Origin: Octopus vulgaris
Lineage: Eukaryota
DNA length: 64,000 nt
Reading direction: 5' to 3'
NCBI GenBank assembly: GCA_951406725.2
Contig: OX597822.1
Span: forward strand, 116,560,001 to 116,624,000
Shown one piece after another: positions 13,573-29,630 of this stretch (position 1 is its first letter; each line of letters begins with the position of its first letter). The translations under genes were made by a program, and so were the position numbers. The notes below the pieces were generated by a model, which searched no databases, was not told where the DNA came from, and saw nothing but the letters and a program-made list of their open reading frames with translations.

Positions 13573-15619
13573 GTATGACTCTAGCAACACCTTGAAGAAT
13601 TTTTAGTTGAATGAAGTGACCCCAGCACATATTTTTTTTGTGCTTGGTACTTATTTTATCAGTCTCTGTTGCCAATCTGCTAAGTTACAGGGACGTAAAC
13701 ACACCGAATGGTAGTGGAGGACAAACACACACACACATACACACACACACACACATATACACAATGGGTTTCAGTCTTCATCTGATAAATCCACTCACAA
13801 GACTATAGTAGAAGACACTCGCCCAAGGTGCCATGCAGAGGGACTGAACCTGGAACCATATGGTTGGGAAGCAAGCTCCTAACTATAATGTGTGTGTGTA
13901 TGTGTATGTATGTGTGTGTGCGTGCATGCATGTATGTATGTATGTATGTATGTCTATTTTTTAAATACAGTTTGCACTGCAGGACCCACCCTTCATAGCT
14001 TTTAGACCAGAGACCAAAACAGTTTCTGCCCCTTCTAATATTTTCATTCCTTTCATGAGTGCCAAGCAACATTGACGGTACTGGCAGCGCTCGTTATTTG
14101 GGGACACATTGCAACAATGAATTTTCTCCTTCGTTCTGTCTTCATCTAGTTTAACGAGATAGTAATTATTTTGTTTTCATACTCACTAAGGATTTATTCT
14201 TTGCTTTCAGCTTTGACTTTGGTTCCTCTCACAAATATGTACCATATCCTTGTGTATGTGTGTGTTTGTGTATATATATATATATATACACACACCAGTA
14301 GACTAGTGGAGCTACGAACCTCCTTTCCCATCTAAAATATATACAAAATCACATATGCATACACTCTCACATAAGCACTTACAAAACTCAAACAACATAT
14401 ACACAAAAAATACACTACATACACACACAACACACACACACACCGACATACATACACACAGGTATACATAAAAATGCCTTTATATATATATATATATAAA
14501 GGCATTTTTATGTACACCTGTGTGCTTATGTATATATATATATATGCATATATATATATATATATATATGTGTGCTTATGTATATATATATATTCATATG
14601 CATATATATATATGCATATGCATATATATATATACATACACACATAGAGGGAAAAATCACATTCCAAACTACCAAAGCAACTAGACCATAAACATGAAAA
14701 TAGGATGTATGACTAACAAACCATTAAAAAATATAACCTCCAAAACTACTCAACCATAAATAAACAAAAGCAGGATGTATAATCAATGAACTGTAAAAAA
14801 ACATGTCATTTTATACAAAGTTAGTAAACAACCAAAGCAACAGGAAATGTGCTCAGCAAAACAACCTAATCATTTTTCTAACAAGTGAATTTGACAAACA
14901 GGAAACATACGCAAAGATCTGAAGAGAAAAGAAAAATTATCTAAACAAAGATTAATGGGGTTTTTGTAACAAATAAGTTTAGAAAAGCAAAAGCGAATGC
15001 AGCAAAGTCATAAAAACAAATTACAAAGAACCAATGGAATGGTGGAAAAAACTTGAGAAAATGTCAGTAACTAAATAATATAAGGAAACATGATTACAAA
15101 GCAAGACACAGTTAATGCCCTAATAAAAACAATACTAGAGACTGGAAAACAAAATTAGAAGTTATAATCAAAAGAACATATTCTTATAAATGGATTTTTA
15201 AAAAAACAACAGATACAGTGAATAATAGCAGTTCTGGCCTGATGATTGCTGTGGCTTGAAACTTGATTGGTAAGAAAGGAATTTAGTTTAACTGAATAAT
15301 ATATTCTACAACAGGTATTTGATAATCTCTTCTTCTTTTGTCAATAAAAAATAGTGCTTGAGTTTCCTCTGTGCACTGTGTGCGTGTGTGTGTGTGCATG
15401 TGTGTGTGTGCATGTATGTGTGTGTGTGTATGTGTGTGTGTGTATTACAAGTACAGATATGGCTATATTGGTAAGAATTTTGCTTTGTGTTGTTGTGTCA
15501 GGATTAGTCCTATTGCATGGCAATTGTATGGCTTCAGGATAAATATCTTCTATTATGACCTTGGGATGACCAGTGCCTCATGAGTGAATGAGGGAGATAG
15601 AAGCTGTGCAGAAGCCTAG

Positions 15620-15654
<35 letters not shown>

Positions 15655-15872
15655 TGTACATTTCTGCTTGTCGAGGGCCTCTGAGAATGGTGGGAGCAAT
15701 AGAGAAAGTTATTCTCAGATCAGAGATCTAACTAGACTGTTTACAAGTTAGTGGACTCCACTAAGCACACTCATGGACCAAATGGTGCTGTTGATGCAGG
15801 TCTCAAGAATATAAAAGGTCCTTCCGATAGGCTTCAACATAGTTTCTCTCAAATAAATTTCACTGAAAAGTT

Positions 15873-15915
<43 letters not shown>

Positions 15916-16401
15916 TTTTCGTGTATAATTTCAACCGACATGGTTGAAATTAATAACACAAGTAATAAAATTGATTAAATTGGTTTCCCACAAACTGGGA
16001 AACCTATAAAATTTTTTCCTCTCAAAGAGGATAGTAAATTTTTTTTAAAATTATGTAATACAGTTCAAATCCCCGTTAGGGGGAGGGGCACAAAAATAGT
16101 CTGAAAGACTATTACAATTCAAAAATGTTATTCACACACGAAGAAAAAAACCACAATGGCCAAAGTTCAGTATTTTTGCAAAAGTGTTAAATGATTAAAT
16201 TATTCCCGGTAAGACCGGGGAATAAATCAGTTCAAAAACGTTCAAATCTAATTCCTTGTTTCAAAGGTAACAAATCCAAAAAGTAATAACAACAGCAACA
16301 ATGAAGCAGTAACAACAGCAAAAACTCTTACGACGAGGAAAGACACGTGTTGACTCTTGTAAGGAAACTACTTTATTTTATCAAATTTGCCATAAAGGCA
16401 G

Positions 16402-16786
16402 TGGAAGCACTCCATCGGTTACGACGACGAGGGTTCCGGTTGATCCGAATCAACGGAACAGCCTGCTCGTGAAATTAACGTGTAAGTGGCTGAGCACTCC
16501 ACAGACACGCGTACCCTTAACGTAGTTCTCGGGGATATTCAGCATGACACAGAGAGTGACAAGGCCAGCCCTTCGAAATACAGGTACAACAGAAACAGGA
16601 AGTAAGAGTGAGAGAAAGTTGTGGTGAAAGAGTACAGCAGGGATCACCACCATCCCCTGCCGGAGCCTCGTGGTGCTTTTAGGTGTTTTCGCTCAATAAA
16701 CACTCACAACGCCCGGTCTGGGAATCGAAACCGCGATCCTATGACCATGAGTCCGCTGCCCTAACCACTGGGCCATTGCACCTCCA
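16402..16786 (-). mobile_element. SINE family B with 12-bp TSD
   Basis: TSD ccataaaggcag at 16390-16401 and 16787-16798. tRNA-like head (revcomp tggcccagtggttagggc..ggtttcgattccc). Confidence 0.9.
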
Positions 16787-17022
16787 CCATAAAGGCAGAA
16801 CATAGAGTATGGTAGCTTGCGGGCTGGACAAGGACATTAATGAGGTGAATGATAATGATACAAGGATGATAAGGATGGGAGAAGACAAAAAGCGCCCGCC
16901 GACTTTTGCTTCTCTAAAACATTGTTTTTTTGTTTTTTTTTAAATATTGAGATATTAAACCTCTTACAATATTGTTACACTTTTATGGGCAAAGATATCC
17001 ATTACAATTGAAAACAGTTACA

Positions 17023-18282
17023 TCAATGATTCTTTAATAAACTTTTTGCCTCCTGCAGGCATTCCAGCAAGCGCAAGTTGGGGTCCTTCACACATGATCT
17101 ATACTCTTCCTTTGAGAAGGAGTCCATTATGTGATAAAGGTTCCTTTCTTCCAGTATCCGAGCAGCCACCTGCAGAGGCCACCCTGGAATACAAGTCGAG
17201 TCTATTAGGTCCCGACTACCAAAGGAACTTTCTATATAGTTCTCTACAGCCTCTCCCCTGAGATAGAAGATGACATGTTCTTCAACATCTCCACTGGGAG
17301 GGGCCTTCTTCTTCCCCACCTCCGGTGACTCACGTTCCACCGAAGGGGTTTCGGAACATGCCGCCGGTGCACCAGCAACCACCGGCGATGCCCCGTTTTT
17401 CTTTCTTTTCATTTTTTCCCCTTTTTCGTGTCAGGAGAGTGAGGTTCCTCCGATTTGTCTGTATGTCCCTCCTTCCCTCCCACTGCCCTGGGATCCATCG
17501 GTGGGCAACCATTGCTGTCCACCTTCCTTTCTTTTTTACCTTTTGAGGGGGTTACCTCCTCCTCGATTTTTTCTACACCTCCCTCCTTTATATGCTCGGG
17601 AGGCTCCGTTGGAGGAAAAACATCCTCCTCTAATTTTCCCAGTGCCCTTGCATGGTTGTTGAGGCACTTCCTCTTAATGTGACCCGATTCCAGGCACAGG
17701 TGACACTTGGGGGTGGGGGCGTCCCTCAAGAGTCACCGGATACCTAGAACCGGCCATCTATAGAAAGTCTGGGAAGACCAGATCTTTGGCTGATTGGATC
17801 CATAGGGTCAAAATTGCTTTCAACCCCACCCAATCAGCCACAGGAAGCATTCTAACATTCAAGAGCCTGGCTCCGCTGCCACCCAGACCCCGGCGGATAG
17901 TATCCTCTATCCACTCAGGCTCTATTCCGGGTGGCAGCCCACTCACCCAGGCTCTTGTCAATTTCCTTCCCAAAATCTTTTCCCCTTCCAGGGGCCGACT
18001 AGCAAACAAGCTAGCCTCTTTAGGAGTGTCAAACAGCAATCACACTGATGCGAATTTGACACCCTTTGCAATATACATGATAGTTGGCAGGTATTCTGCC
18101 AACTCTTTTTCAATTTCGTCCTGAAAGAACAAAGTGATGGTGTCGAGTGACTTGGAGTATGTCCTCAACACCACCATTCTCTCGTTTCGGTCCTCTATCC
18201 ACTGTTTGGGGGGAGGGGCACAATTTCCCACTCCAGCACAGTGGTTTTTTTGTTGCCATGATTTAAAACCACAAAGAAACAA
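17023..18282 (-). pseudogene. Gag-like ORF1 with CCHC zinc knuckle, disrupted
   Basis: ORF pieces 18040-18282, 17758-18039, 17409-17729 and 17023-17412 are collinear; Cx2Cx4Hx4C motif near 17665-17706. Confidence 0.7.
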
Positions 18283-19734
18283 AAAGAGTTCAACAAAAGT
18301 TCAAATGTTCTAAATAGAATTCCAGTAATAAACACAAAAAAAAGAACGGAAAGACAGAGCAGAGAAAAGAACGAAGGAAGACAGTTCAATCCATGGCAAC
18401 ACAATTCCACAAGTCCGAATACAGGTACTCCAGCTGCAAAAATAGTCCTTCCTGCCTTGGTACTCCTTGGTAATCCAGTGGAAATTCACAGACACAAGAC
18501 AATTTTCGTAAACAAATTAATTTTTGCAGAGGGGCAATCCTTACAATTCTCACTGCAAAGTGAGTCTTTATGCACGACCACAGGCAGGCAAATGTCTGGA
18601 GCAGAGTGGAGACTGTTGCTCACCAAAAAATATTCAATACAGGGCAACAAACTCCACTAAGCCCTCAAAAAAATACAACAAACACCTACCTGTGGTCGAG
18701 CCTCAAAGTTCAATATTTCCCGACGAAGGACGTGACATCAAGCAGCTGAAAAAAAGACGTCCGCCTGTAAGGAAGCTACTTACCACACAGCCACTCCTGC
18801 TCAAGAACGCAACATGTCACCCTGTCCAGGAATGAAAACCACAATCTAACGATCATAGGTCCAATACCCTAGCCACTACATCATGTGCCTCCACCCAGCA
18901 CGACATATGGTATATCTTGGGTATGTTTCTTAAACCTAACAGGACCTATCACTTCTGACAACAACTGAATTTTCTTTCTCTGAGAAGAGCAAAAGAATAC
19001 AGACTGGGAAGAAAATAGAAAAAAGAGTTTGAGAAAATGGAAAATCAACCCCAGTACAGGACTGGTACTTTATTTATTGGCTCCAAAATGATAAAAAGCT
19101 AAGTTGATCTCAGTAGGATTGGAACTCATGGAGAGAGCAAAAGCAATTACCAACTCACACGATCAGCCACTGGTAACGTTATCTCTGTAATATAATGCCT
19201 CAGTCACTTAGCACTAGCAGGACAGGTTGTTCTACTAATAATGTCCAGAAATTGGTAGATGTGTGCTACACATCCCATCTGTTGCTCTTTTGTATCTCAA
19301 ATTAATTCTTATAATCTCTAATAGTCATCACATTAAAATCTTTAGCTGTTATTTTGCAATAAGCGTTTTCTTCACACACAAACTATCGACCGATCAAGTA
19401 AGCCTTTTTCCTTAATACAAACCACTCGTCTGGTGTTGAGTAACACTTGACATTTGCATACATTGACCTGAAACTTCTCATTGACCCATCCCAACATTGG
19501 TGGGGTCAGCCATGCTAATTACACAATGTTGCATGCACCAAGATAAATACTACTTGCAGGTCAACAAAGGCAAATGAAACAGCTGTTGGCTCTGGGTATG
19601 TTGTTGTTGTTGTTGTGGTTGTTGTGGTTGCTTTTTTCTCTTTCGTTGCCTGACTTTTAGCAAGTTGTGACAGTTAAGAATTTAACATCTGTTGTCCTAC
19701 ATTCAAGGCTTCAAATTGGATAATTAGTTCAGAC

Positions 19735-19739
19735 AGAGT

Positions 19740-19770
<31 letters not shown>

Positions 19771-20045
19771 TGTGTGAGAGAGAGAGAGAGAGAGAGAGTG
19801 AGAGTGAGAGAGAGAGAGAGAGAGTGAGAGTGAGAGAGGGTGAGAGGCAAAGATTAAGGAGCAAGAGAGGAGGTGGTGGTGGTGGAGGAAGAGGGGGGCG
19901 AAAAGGAGGAGGAGGAGATGAAAACATGGAGGAGGAGGAGGAGAAAGAGGAGGAAAAGGAGGAAGAGATGCCAATAATTAAGAAGATAACAATGACGACG
20001 AAGGAGGAGGAAGAAGAAGGAGGAGGAGGAGGAGATGATGGTGAT
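19735..20045. repeat. (GA)n and (GGA)n low-complexity tract
   Basis: Directly visible. Confidence 0.9.
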
Positions 20046-20172
20046 TTAAGAGAATGATATATAAAGAAATTATTAATCAGAAGTGGTTAAAAGACATAAA
20101 GATGAGGTGAGGAGAGAGAAATAGGACAAGAGTTGGGTAAAATGATCTTTAAAAATATGAAGATAGAACAAT

Positions 20173-22726
<2,554 letters not shown>

Positions 22727-22844
22727 AGAAACGTGACTGACAAATAGATAGGATTGGAAATAGAAATGTGAAGTTGGTGTGGAAAGGTGTACGGAAATGA
22801 GATTGTCAGGTTAATATCGAATGAAATATGAAATATAAGATGGT

Positions 22845-23340
22845 TACCTGGCAGAATCGTTAACAGCATTTCATCCGTCTCTGTCTTTCTGAGTTCAAAT
22901 TCCACTGAGGTTGACTTTGCCTTTCATCCTTTCAGGGTTGATAAATTAAGTACCAGTTACACACTGGGGTCGATGTAATCAACTTACTCCCTTAAAAAGT
23001 TAAAAGCAACATTGACTTCAGCAGAATTTGAACTCAAGACGTAAAGACATGAAATACCGGTGAGCATTTTGCCTGGTGCAGTAATGAATCCACCAGCTGG
23101 CCACCTTTCGAGGGGATAATATTGGTTTCATATTTTGGCACAAGGTCAGCAATTTGGGGGGAGGAGTAAGTTGATTACATCGACCCCAGTGGTCAACTGG
23201 TACTTATTTCTATTGACCCCAAAAGGATGAAAGGCAAAGGTCGACCTCAATGGAATTTGAACTTAAAATGTGAAGACAGACGAAATGCCGCTAAGCATTT
23301 TGCCCAACATGGTAACGAGTCTGCTGCCAGATGATGCCTT
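22845..23340. mobile_element. Cluster of family C SINE copies on both strands
   Basis: Plus copy 22845-22990 (gagttcaaattcc..aggttgactttgcctttcatcc..taagtaccagt) and minus copies 22990-23340. Confidence 0.75.
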
Positions 23341-23359
23341 GTGGTGATGTAAATATTAG

Positions 23360-23644
23360 ACAGAGGGAAAACAGTAGAGGATGGGGGGAGAGAGACAAAG
23401 AGAAAGGGAAAGGTAGAGAGTGGGAGTAGGAGAGAGAGAGAAAAAGAGTGGAAGAGAATAAGAGGGAAGGAAAGAGATAGAGAGAAAGACAGAGATAGAG
23501 ACAGAAAAATGGAATGAGAGAAGGAGAGAGATAGTGAGATGTAAGATAGAAAGGGAGTGGGAGAGAGTAAGAGAGAAGGAGATAGAGAGAGAGAGAAAAA
23601 GAGAGAAACAGTCAAAAACAGCGCAGGGGAGAAATAGAGAACAG

Positions 23645-23702
<58 letters not shown>

Positions 23703-23760
23703 AAGAGAGAGAGACAGAGAGACAGAGAGATAGGAAGATAAAAGAAGGAGAGAGAAAAAC
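23360..23760. repeat. (GA)n-rich polypurine tract
   Basis: Directly visible. Confidence 0.9.
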
Positions 23761-23899
23761 TTAGGAAGACCATGAGAAAGGAAAATAAAGAAGTCTTAAT
23801 AATTTGTTGTTGTAATTGTTGTTGTCGCTTAGTGCTAGCTCTGCTCTACTTGAGTGAATCCATAATCGAAGATGTTTCCAACCGTGACCAGGCATTGTT

Positions 23900-24130
23900 T
23901 ATTCTTTTACTTGTTTCAATTATTTTGACTGTGGCCATGCTGGAGCACTGCCTTTAGTGGAACAAATCAACCCCAGGACTTATTCTTTGTAAGCCTAGTA
24001 CTTATTCTATCAGTCTCTTTTGCCAAACTGCTAAGTTGCAAGGATGTAAACACACCAACGTCAACTGTCAAGCAATGGTGGGGGAACAAACACAGACACA
24101 CAAATACACTCACTCACACACACACACACA

Positions 24131-24171
<41 letters not shown>

Positions 24172-24335
24172 ACACACACACACACACAGAGTTTCCATCC
24201 ACCAAATCCACTCTCAAGGCTTTGGTTGGCCCAAGACTATGGTAGAAGACACTTACCTAAGGTGCCACATAATGGGACTGAACTCGGAACCATGAGGTTT
24301 GGAAGCAAGCTTCTTACCACACAGCCATGCCTGTG
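23900..24335 (-). mobile_element. SINE family A with expanded internal (CA)n
   Basis: Reverse-complement match to 1777-2180. Confidence 0.85.
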
Positions 24336-25141
24336 CCTATCCATAAATTTTTTCAGGCATCAGAATCTTTCAACAACACCATTATCTAATATATTTTTAC
24401 ATTTTGTTATTTTTTTAATGACAGTATGATGTGATTCTAGAGACTTAGCTGCTGTTTCTAGCAGATCAAACAACCACAAAAATAATCTCGAGCTGGCTCA
24501 TTGATGTTCACTGATAGTGTTGTTGCTGCTGTTGTTGTTGTTATTTCATGCTTGGTCAACTTTTATCAAACATAACTCCAATCAAAAGTAGTTCACCAGT
24601 GGCCATTGCACCTTTTAAAAGACTAAGTGTACCTATGACTACATCACCCAATGTGTCTTCCCATTTTCTTCTTTAAGATGCTAGGTAATGATTTGGAAGA
24701 AGTTTGGCTGCTTTTTCTAGCATGTCAAGTAACCATGTAGAGACTCTCTTACTCTCTCTCTCTCTCTTTGACTCATGTGGGAATAAGTTGAAATTCGAGA
24801 AAGACAAGAAATAGAGAGGACGACAGAGAGAGAGAGAAAGAGAGAGAGGTAGACAGACAGAGAGACAGACAAAGACAGAGAGAAGGAGAGAGAGAAGAGT
24901 GTAATAGAAAACCATAGAAACAGAACACATGTGCAATATATACATGTTGCTCATACTGACATGTATATACACATGTAAATATATTTAGACATATGCTGAT
25001 TGCGTGTGTGTTCATGTGTGTGTGTGTGAGTGTGTGTGAGTGTGTGTGTGTATATATATATATAAATATAAAGAGAGAGAGAGATAGAGGGTGAGAGAGA
25101 GAGAGTTCTATTTTCTAGCATATCTATACACACACCCATAA

Positions 25142-25174
<33 letters not shown>

Positions 25175-25224
25175 CTTACACATATATATATATATATACA
25201 TAGGCATATATATAATGTTATTTA

Positions 25225-25266
<42 letters not shown>

Positions 25267-25349
25267 TATAAATATTTTCGTGGCTTGTTTCTTCCCCTTC
25301 TTCTGTCCTCATAGAGTGACACACAGATGCACCAAACAACCTTAAACTC

Positions 25350-26955
25350 TTTCTCTCCTCCAATCCTAACCCATACCAAACTGTATCACCCAAGAACTAT
25401 CCAACACACATCCATGTACAACACGTTGCCACCATCACAGACTCCCTGGCACTTCAAGTCAGCTAACAGGTTGGAACTCTGCTAGTTTTATGCCAATTAC
25501 CATTGACAGCACACATGTTCCTCTCTCTCCGCATCACATGCCTATATCGATGCAATCTTCTTTCTAACAGACTTTATTTGTTTCCTCTTGCGTTCAGTTT
25601 TTCTCTTTGTCCTTTTGTACCCTGTCATTCATGCATGTTAGCATTATACATCTAGTAGAGCATGCTTACTTCATTTGTTTCTAGCTTTCACAGACCCTCG
25701 GCATTCAGGGCCCACATCTCACTACCATGTAGCATTGTATTTCACACACAAGCATCATACAATTTGCCCTTCACTCTGACAGAGAAGCCCCATATTACAT
25801 GTAAAGTTAAAAGCTCCCCTAAATATCTTCAGCCGGTTCCTATTCTGGCTACCAGGCTCTCAGAACACTCACACCCACAACTAATTAGCTCTCCTTGGTA
25901 ACAGAAGCTATCAACTATTTCTAGAGAACCATCTGGTCATTGGATAGAGTATATCACATGTGCTCTTTAACTTACTGATCCTCTGCACCTACTACATATG
26001 AAGTTTACCTCCTCTGTTTGCCTACTTGTGATCACAATACATTTATAGAGTGTCCATAGTGTAACGAAGTACACTGTGTAGAGTTCCTACCAACTCCTTG
26101 TCTATAAATTGAGCAAGGTCAGTTTTAATTTCTAATACTTTAGTCTTTGCTAAATTCACTTTGAAGTGCCTCAATTCAAGATTTTGTCTCCATATCTGAA
26201 ATATCTTTTTCCAATTCTACAATAAGTTCAGCTTTAAGAGCTTGGTCATCTTAGCAGTGAACAAGAATGAACAGAAAAGGGCTGTGGACTGATCCATAGC
26301 GTACCCCAACTTTCTTGCTAAATTCATTGCTGTACCTATCACTAACCCTTGCCTTACTGACCACGCCTCTGTACATGACTTGCACAGTTCTCATAAGCCA
26401 TTCACCCACTCCAAGCTTCCTCAGTGACTACCAGGTCACAGAGTGGAGAATCCTTTCAAAGTCTTCTCTGGGACAACAAAAACCAGGTTAAGGGGCTTGT
26501 ACCTAGCTATATACTTCTATAGTTGTCTCACTTAAAGGACGGTCTCAGTAATACTTCTTTCTGGTACAAAACTAAACTGCATAGCATCTAGGTTCCACTC
26601 TCCCTAAGTCAATTGTGCTGTAACTCTTTCTACAACCTTCATCACCTGGTTCATCTGTTTATAATCTCTAGTTTTCCCTCTCTAATGCATCATTTTAGCC
26701 CTTGTATCAGTTAATGACGGCGCTACTCCACTAGACATTAGATTTGGCATTCCCCTGTACTTCTTGATGTGACCAGCCCATATCCCACTCTGCCAGACAT
26801 CTTAAGCCCCTCAGCTTTTATTCCCTGTCTTCATATCCTGTGTCCCTTTTTCTACCACACTGCAGGTGACTTCACTGTCTGACTCACCTGTTGTGTCTAC
26901 TTGGGGGTAATCCTTCTACCTCCCATGCTTTCTTCTTGTATAATAGCCTCTCAAA
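25350..26955 (-). pseudogene. Old, heavily decayed RTE LINE (RT region)
   Basis: Collinear similarity to the RTE at 52150-53850 (e.g. actaccatgtagcattgtatttcacacacaagcatcatac vs MLHGSETW/LYDACVR region). Confidence 0.75.
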
Positions 26956-26956
26956 A

Positions 26957-27822
26957 TTCATTCCAAAGCAATAAAGGGTGCATTATGCAATCTTCTCATC
27001 AGGAAAGAAAGGGAGCCTCTCTCGACAACAAGACAAGCAAAATTTCGATGATTGCCTACATGGTAAACAAATGATAATGTGTTTTTTTAAAAAAACCGTT
27101 AGAAGAATTGCCGTCAAAGATAGATAGTAGGAAGAGAAGGGTCAAAGGAATAATAGGTAGGGAACAAGTGGAGAGGGAAGGGTACGTTGATTGAAAGAAT
27201 GTTCGAAGGCTTAGGAAACACTGGCAGAAACACACTTTCTCCTCATATAAATGATAACGATAGTCACTGTGGTTTGAACAATTAGCTTTACGTCCACCCC
27301 ACTTCTATGGAGAAATTCTTTCCTAAGCCTTCGAACATTCTTTCAATCAACGTACCCTTCCCTCTCCACTTGTTCCCTATCTATTATTCCTTTGTCCCTT
27401 CTCTTCCTACTATCTATCTTTGACGTCAATTCTTCTAACGGTTTTTTTTAAAAAAAAAACACTCATTATCACTTTGTTTACCATGTAGGCAATCATCGAA
27501 ATTTTTGTTTGTCTTGTTGTCGAGAGAGGCTCCCTATTTTTCCTGATGAGAAGATTGCATAATGCACCCTTTATTCCTTTGGAATGAAAACATGATGTCT
27601 TCGAAACATATGTCGAGAGTAAAGGAATTTTGTTAACATCTTCGTTCGACTCCATTCTTTCATTTATTCATATACAACACACAAATTTCTGCACATGAAC
27701 CCGGAGTTTCTACCCTTGACAGGTCGCTTCAACCATGTTTCTGACGTGAATTTGCTGCCCAGGTTTCGGTTAAACGAATTTTCCATGCTGACGATAAACA
27801 TAGGATAATTCATTCACCTACT
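26957..27822. mobile_element. Fold-back non-coding PLE-like element
   Basis: Inverted arms 26957-27218 / 27319-27588, hammerhead at 27538-27619, ends in (TA)n. Confidence 0.75.
27538..27619 (+). ncRNA. Type I hammerhead motif with multibranched stem II
   Basis: ttttc-CTGATGA-gaaga..[43 nt]..tcttc-GAAA-catatg-TC-gagag. Stem II gaaga/tcttc, palindromic stem III ACATATGT, GUC site; stem I weak (G-U rich). Confidence 0.7.
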
Positions 27823-27834
27823 TATATATATATG

Positions 27835-27867
<33 letters not shown>

Positions 27868-27987
27868 TATAATGGAAGCATTGTGTAGAATATATTGTAT
27901 AAAGTGAGTAAGGTCAAAACAATGTGAAGTAAATGCAAGGTAAATCACAAGAAAACAAATATGTGAATTAATGTAGACTTACCTTGT

Positions 27988-28026
27988 ATTTAATATTTCG
28001 GGGTTATGACCCCATTTTCAAGAAAT
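27988..28026 (-). ncRNA. Degenerate minimal hammerhead at the 3' end of the Penelope ORF
   Basis: Minus strand: atttc-TTGAAAA-t-ggggt(cata)acccc-GAAA-ta-TT-aaat. The core has U3/A8 in place of C3/G8; stem I is damaged. Confidence 0.55.
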
Positions 28027-28059
28027 TGATGAATATTGCTGATGTTCAAGTATGTGAGC

Positions 28060-29630
28060 ATGTGTGGAGTGGACATGTGCAGAAAGGTGTTGCTATAGCA
28101 ACCAGCTAGCTTCCTGTAACTCCCTTCTATTGTTGATCTTGGGTTTCTTTTGGTGTGTGGGAATGGCCTCACAGATTCTAAAGTTGCCTTTGTTCCAATG
28201 TGTTGCCTTGATGTGCATTGTGAATTCCCGGGTTTGGCATTTCCGTAGATGTTTCTTCACAGAAGTGCCTGCCTACATGTGTTCCTTAATGCGTACATGC
28301 AGGTTTCTTGTCATGCTTCCAATGTAGGATGCACCACATTTGCCACAGATGATCTTATATACAAGATAGGTCCTCTGGCGCAATTCAGGTTCATTGATGG
28401 GGCAGTTCGACAATGTGCACTCCTTGGAGTAGTGAGAGGTGTTGTTCTTGGACAGAGCTTTTCCCCAGGAAGGACCAGTGTGCACTATCTGTGTGTCAAG
28501 TCCTTCACTGCAGGCTGCATGTTGTATCACTGCAGTAGTTCTGTCGTCAGAGTGTGGTAGCTTTAGAAAGCATGTACCAGACATGGAGTATAATGGTTCT
28601 TCCAGGGTTTTGTGACCTTGATGTTCTTTAGGTGCCGTCATTTAGCTAAAGATGGTTGGTAGCCATTCAGGGTTAGGTCTCTGAGGAACTGTTTGGTGTT
28701 GATGGCTTTGTCGGTCATGTTGTTTATACGTGCAATCTCGTTTCTCACGTATGCGGCCTTGGCTCTGGTGGCTAAAGTTGATTGGTAGTGGATGAAAAGT
28801 TTTCTATTAGTGGCTTTTCTGTAGAATTTGGTAAATATAGAGTCTACCTCTGTGATCTTGATTTGGAAGTTGAGTAGAGAGAGGGTTCTGGATTCGTCTG
28901 GATATTCAATTTCGAATTTGATGTTTATGTCGGTGTTATGGAAGGTCTGGTGTATGTTAATGGCCTCATCCCTGGAGGACGTGATGATAAGGATGTCATC
29001 AACGTACCCGGAGAAGAAGAGGCATGAGTGGCAGGTGTTGAGTGCTGTGCATTCTAGCTTATCCATGTAGATGATGGCCAGCAGGCCTGAAAGGCTGGAA
29101 CCCATAGGTACACCACAAGTCTGTAAAACACACCGTTATATTGGAAGTAGGTGTTACCAGCTAAAATGGTTAGTAACTCTCGTATGTCCAAGGGTGTGAG
29201 GCTGAAGAGCTGGAGGTTGATGGATGGGGAGGTGGGAGAAGATAAAGGGAAAGATGGGGAGGAGGAGGAGGCTGCAGGGGGTGGCAAGGAGATGTGGGGG
29301 AGATAAGGACGTGATGTGGTCTATGAGGATATCAACAGCCAGGAGAGTGGGTACAGAGGGGGAAGAGTGAAACTATATCTAAACTAAAAGAGTATTTGTT
29401 ATTTTTAAGTATGGAAGGGGTCGATATCTTTGAGTCTTGTGAGGATTTCGTGGAAGCTGCTGACATTTCCAGGGAATGCATGTAGTTAAGGGCTTGAGGA
29501 TTTTAGAGAGGAGCCAAGAAATCTTATAGAAAGAACTGCTAATTCCTGATACTATGGGTCTGATTTTAAGCTTAGGTCCAGGTAGAAGGATGGGAGGGTG
29601 GTGTTTTTAGATGTGTAGTTCTGTTTAGTC
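28060..29630 (-). pseudogene. PLE reverse transcriptase + GIY-YIG endonuclease, disrupted
   Basis: ORF pieces 29054-29287, 28638-29105 and 28273-28641 with frameshifts. Confidence 0.9.

Larger units (their letters stand above)
16374..18765 (-). mobile_element. ORF1-only (HAL1-like) non-LTR element, decayed
   Basis: Frameshifted gag-like ORF about 18270-17023 with an RRM-like segment (RAWVSGLPPGIEPEWI) and a CCHC knuckle (CHLCLESGHIKRKC). No RT downstream. Flanked by tgtaaggaa(a/g)ctactt at 16358-16373 and 18766-18781 (possible TSD). Confidence 0.55.

Noticed and set aside
16417-16480. Hairpin plus GAAA in the SINE B tail as a ribozyme
   Set aside because: No CUGANGA core; antisense to the SINE; better explained as SINE 3' structure.
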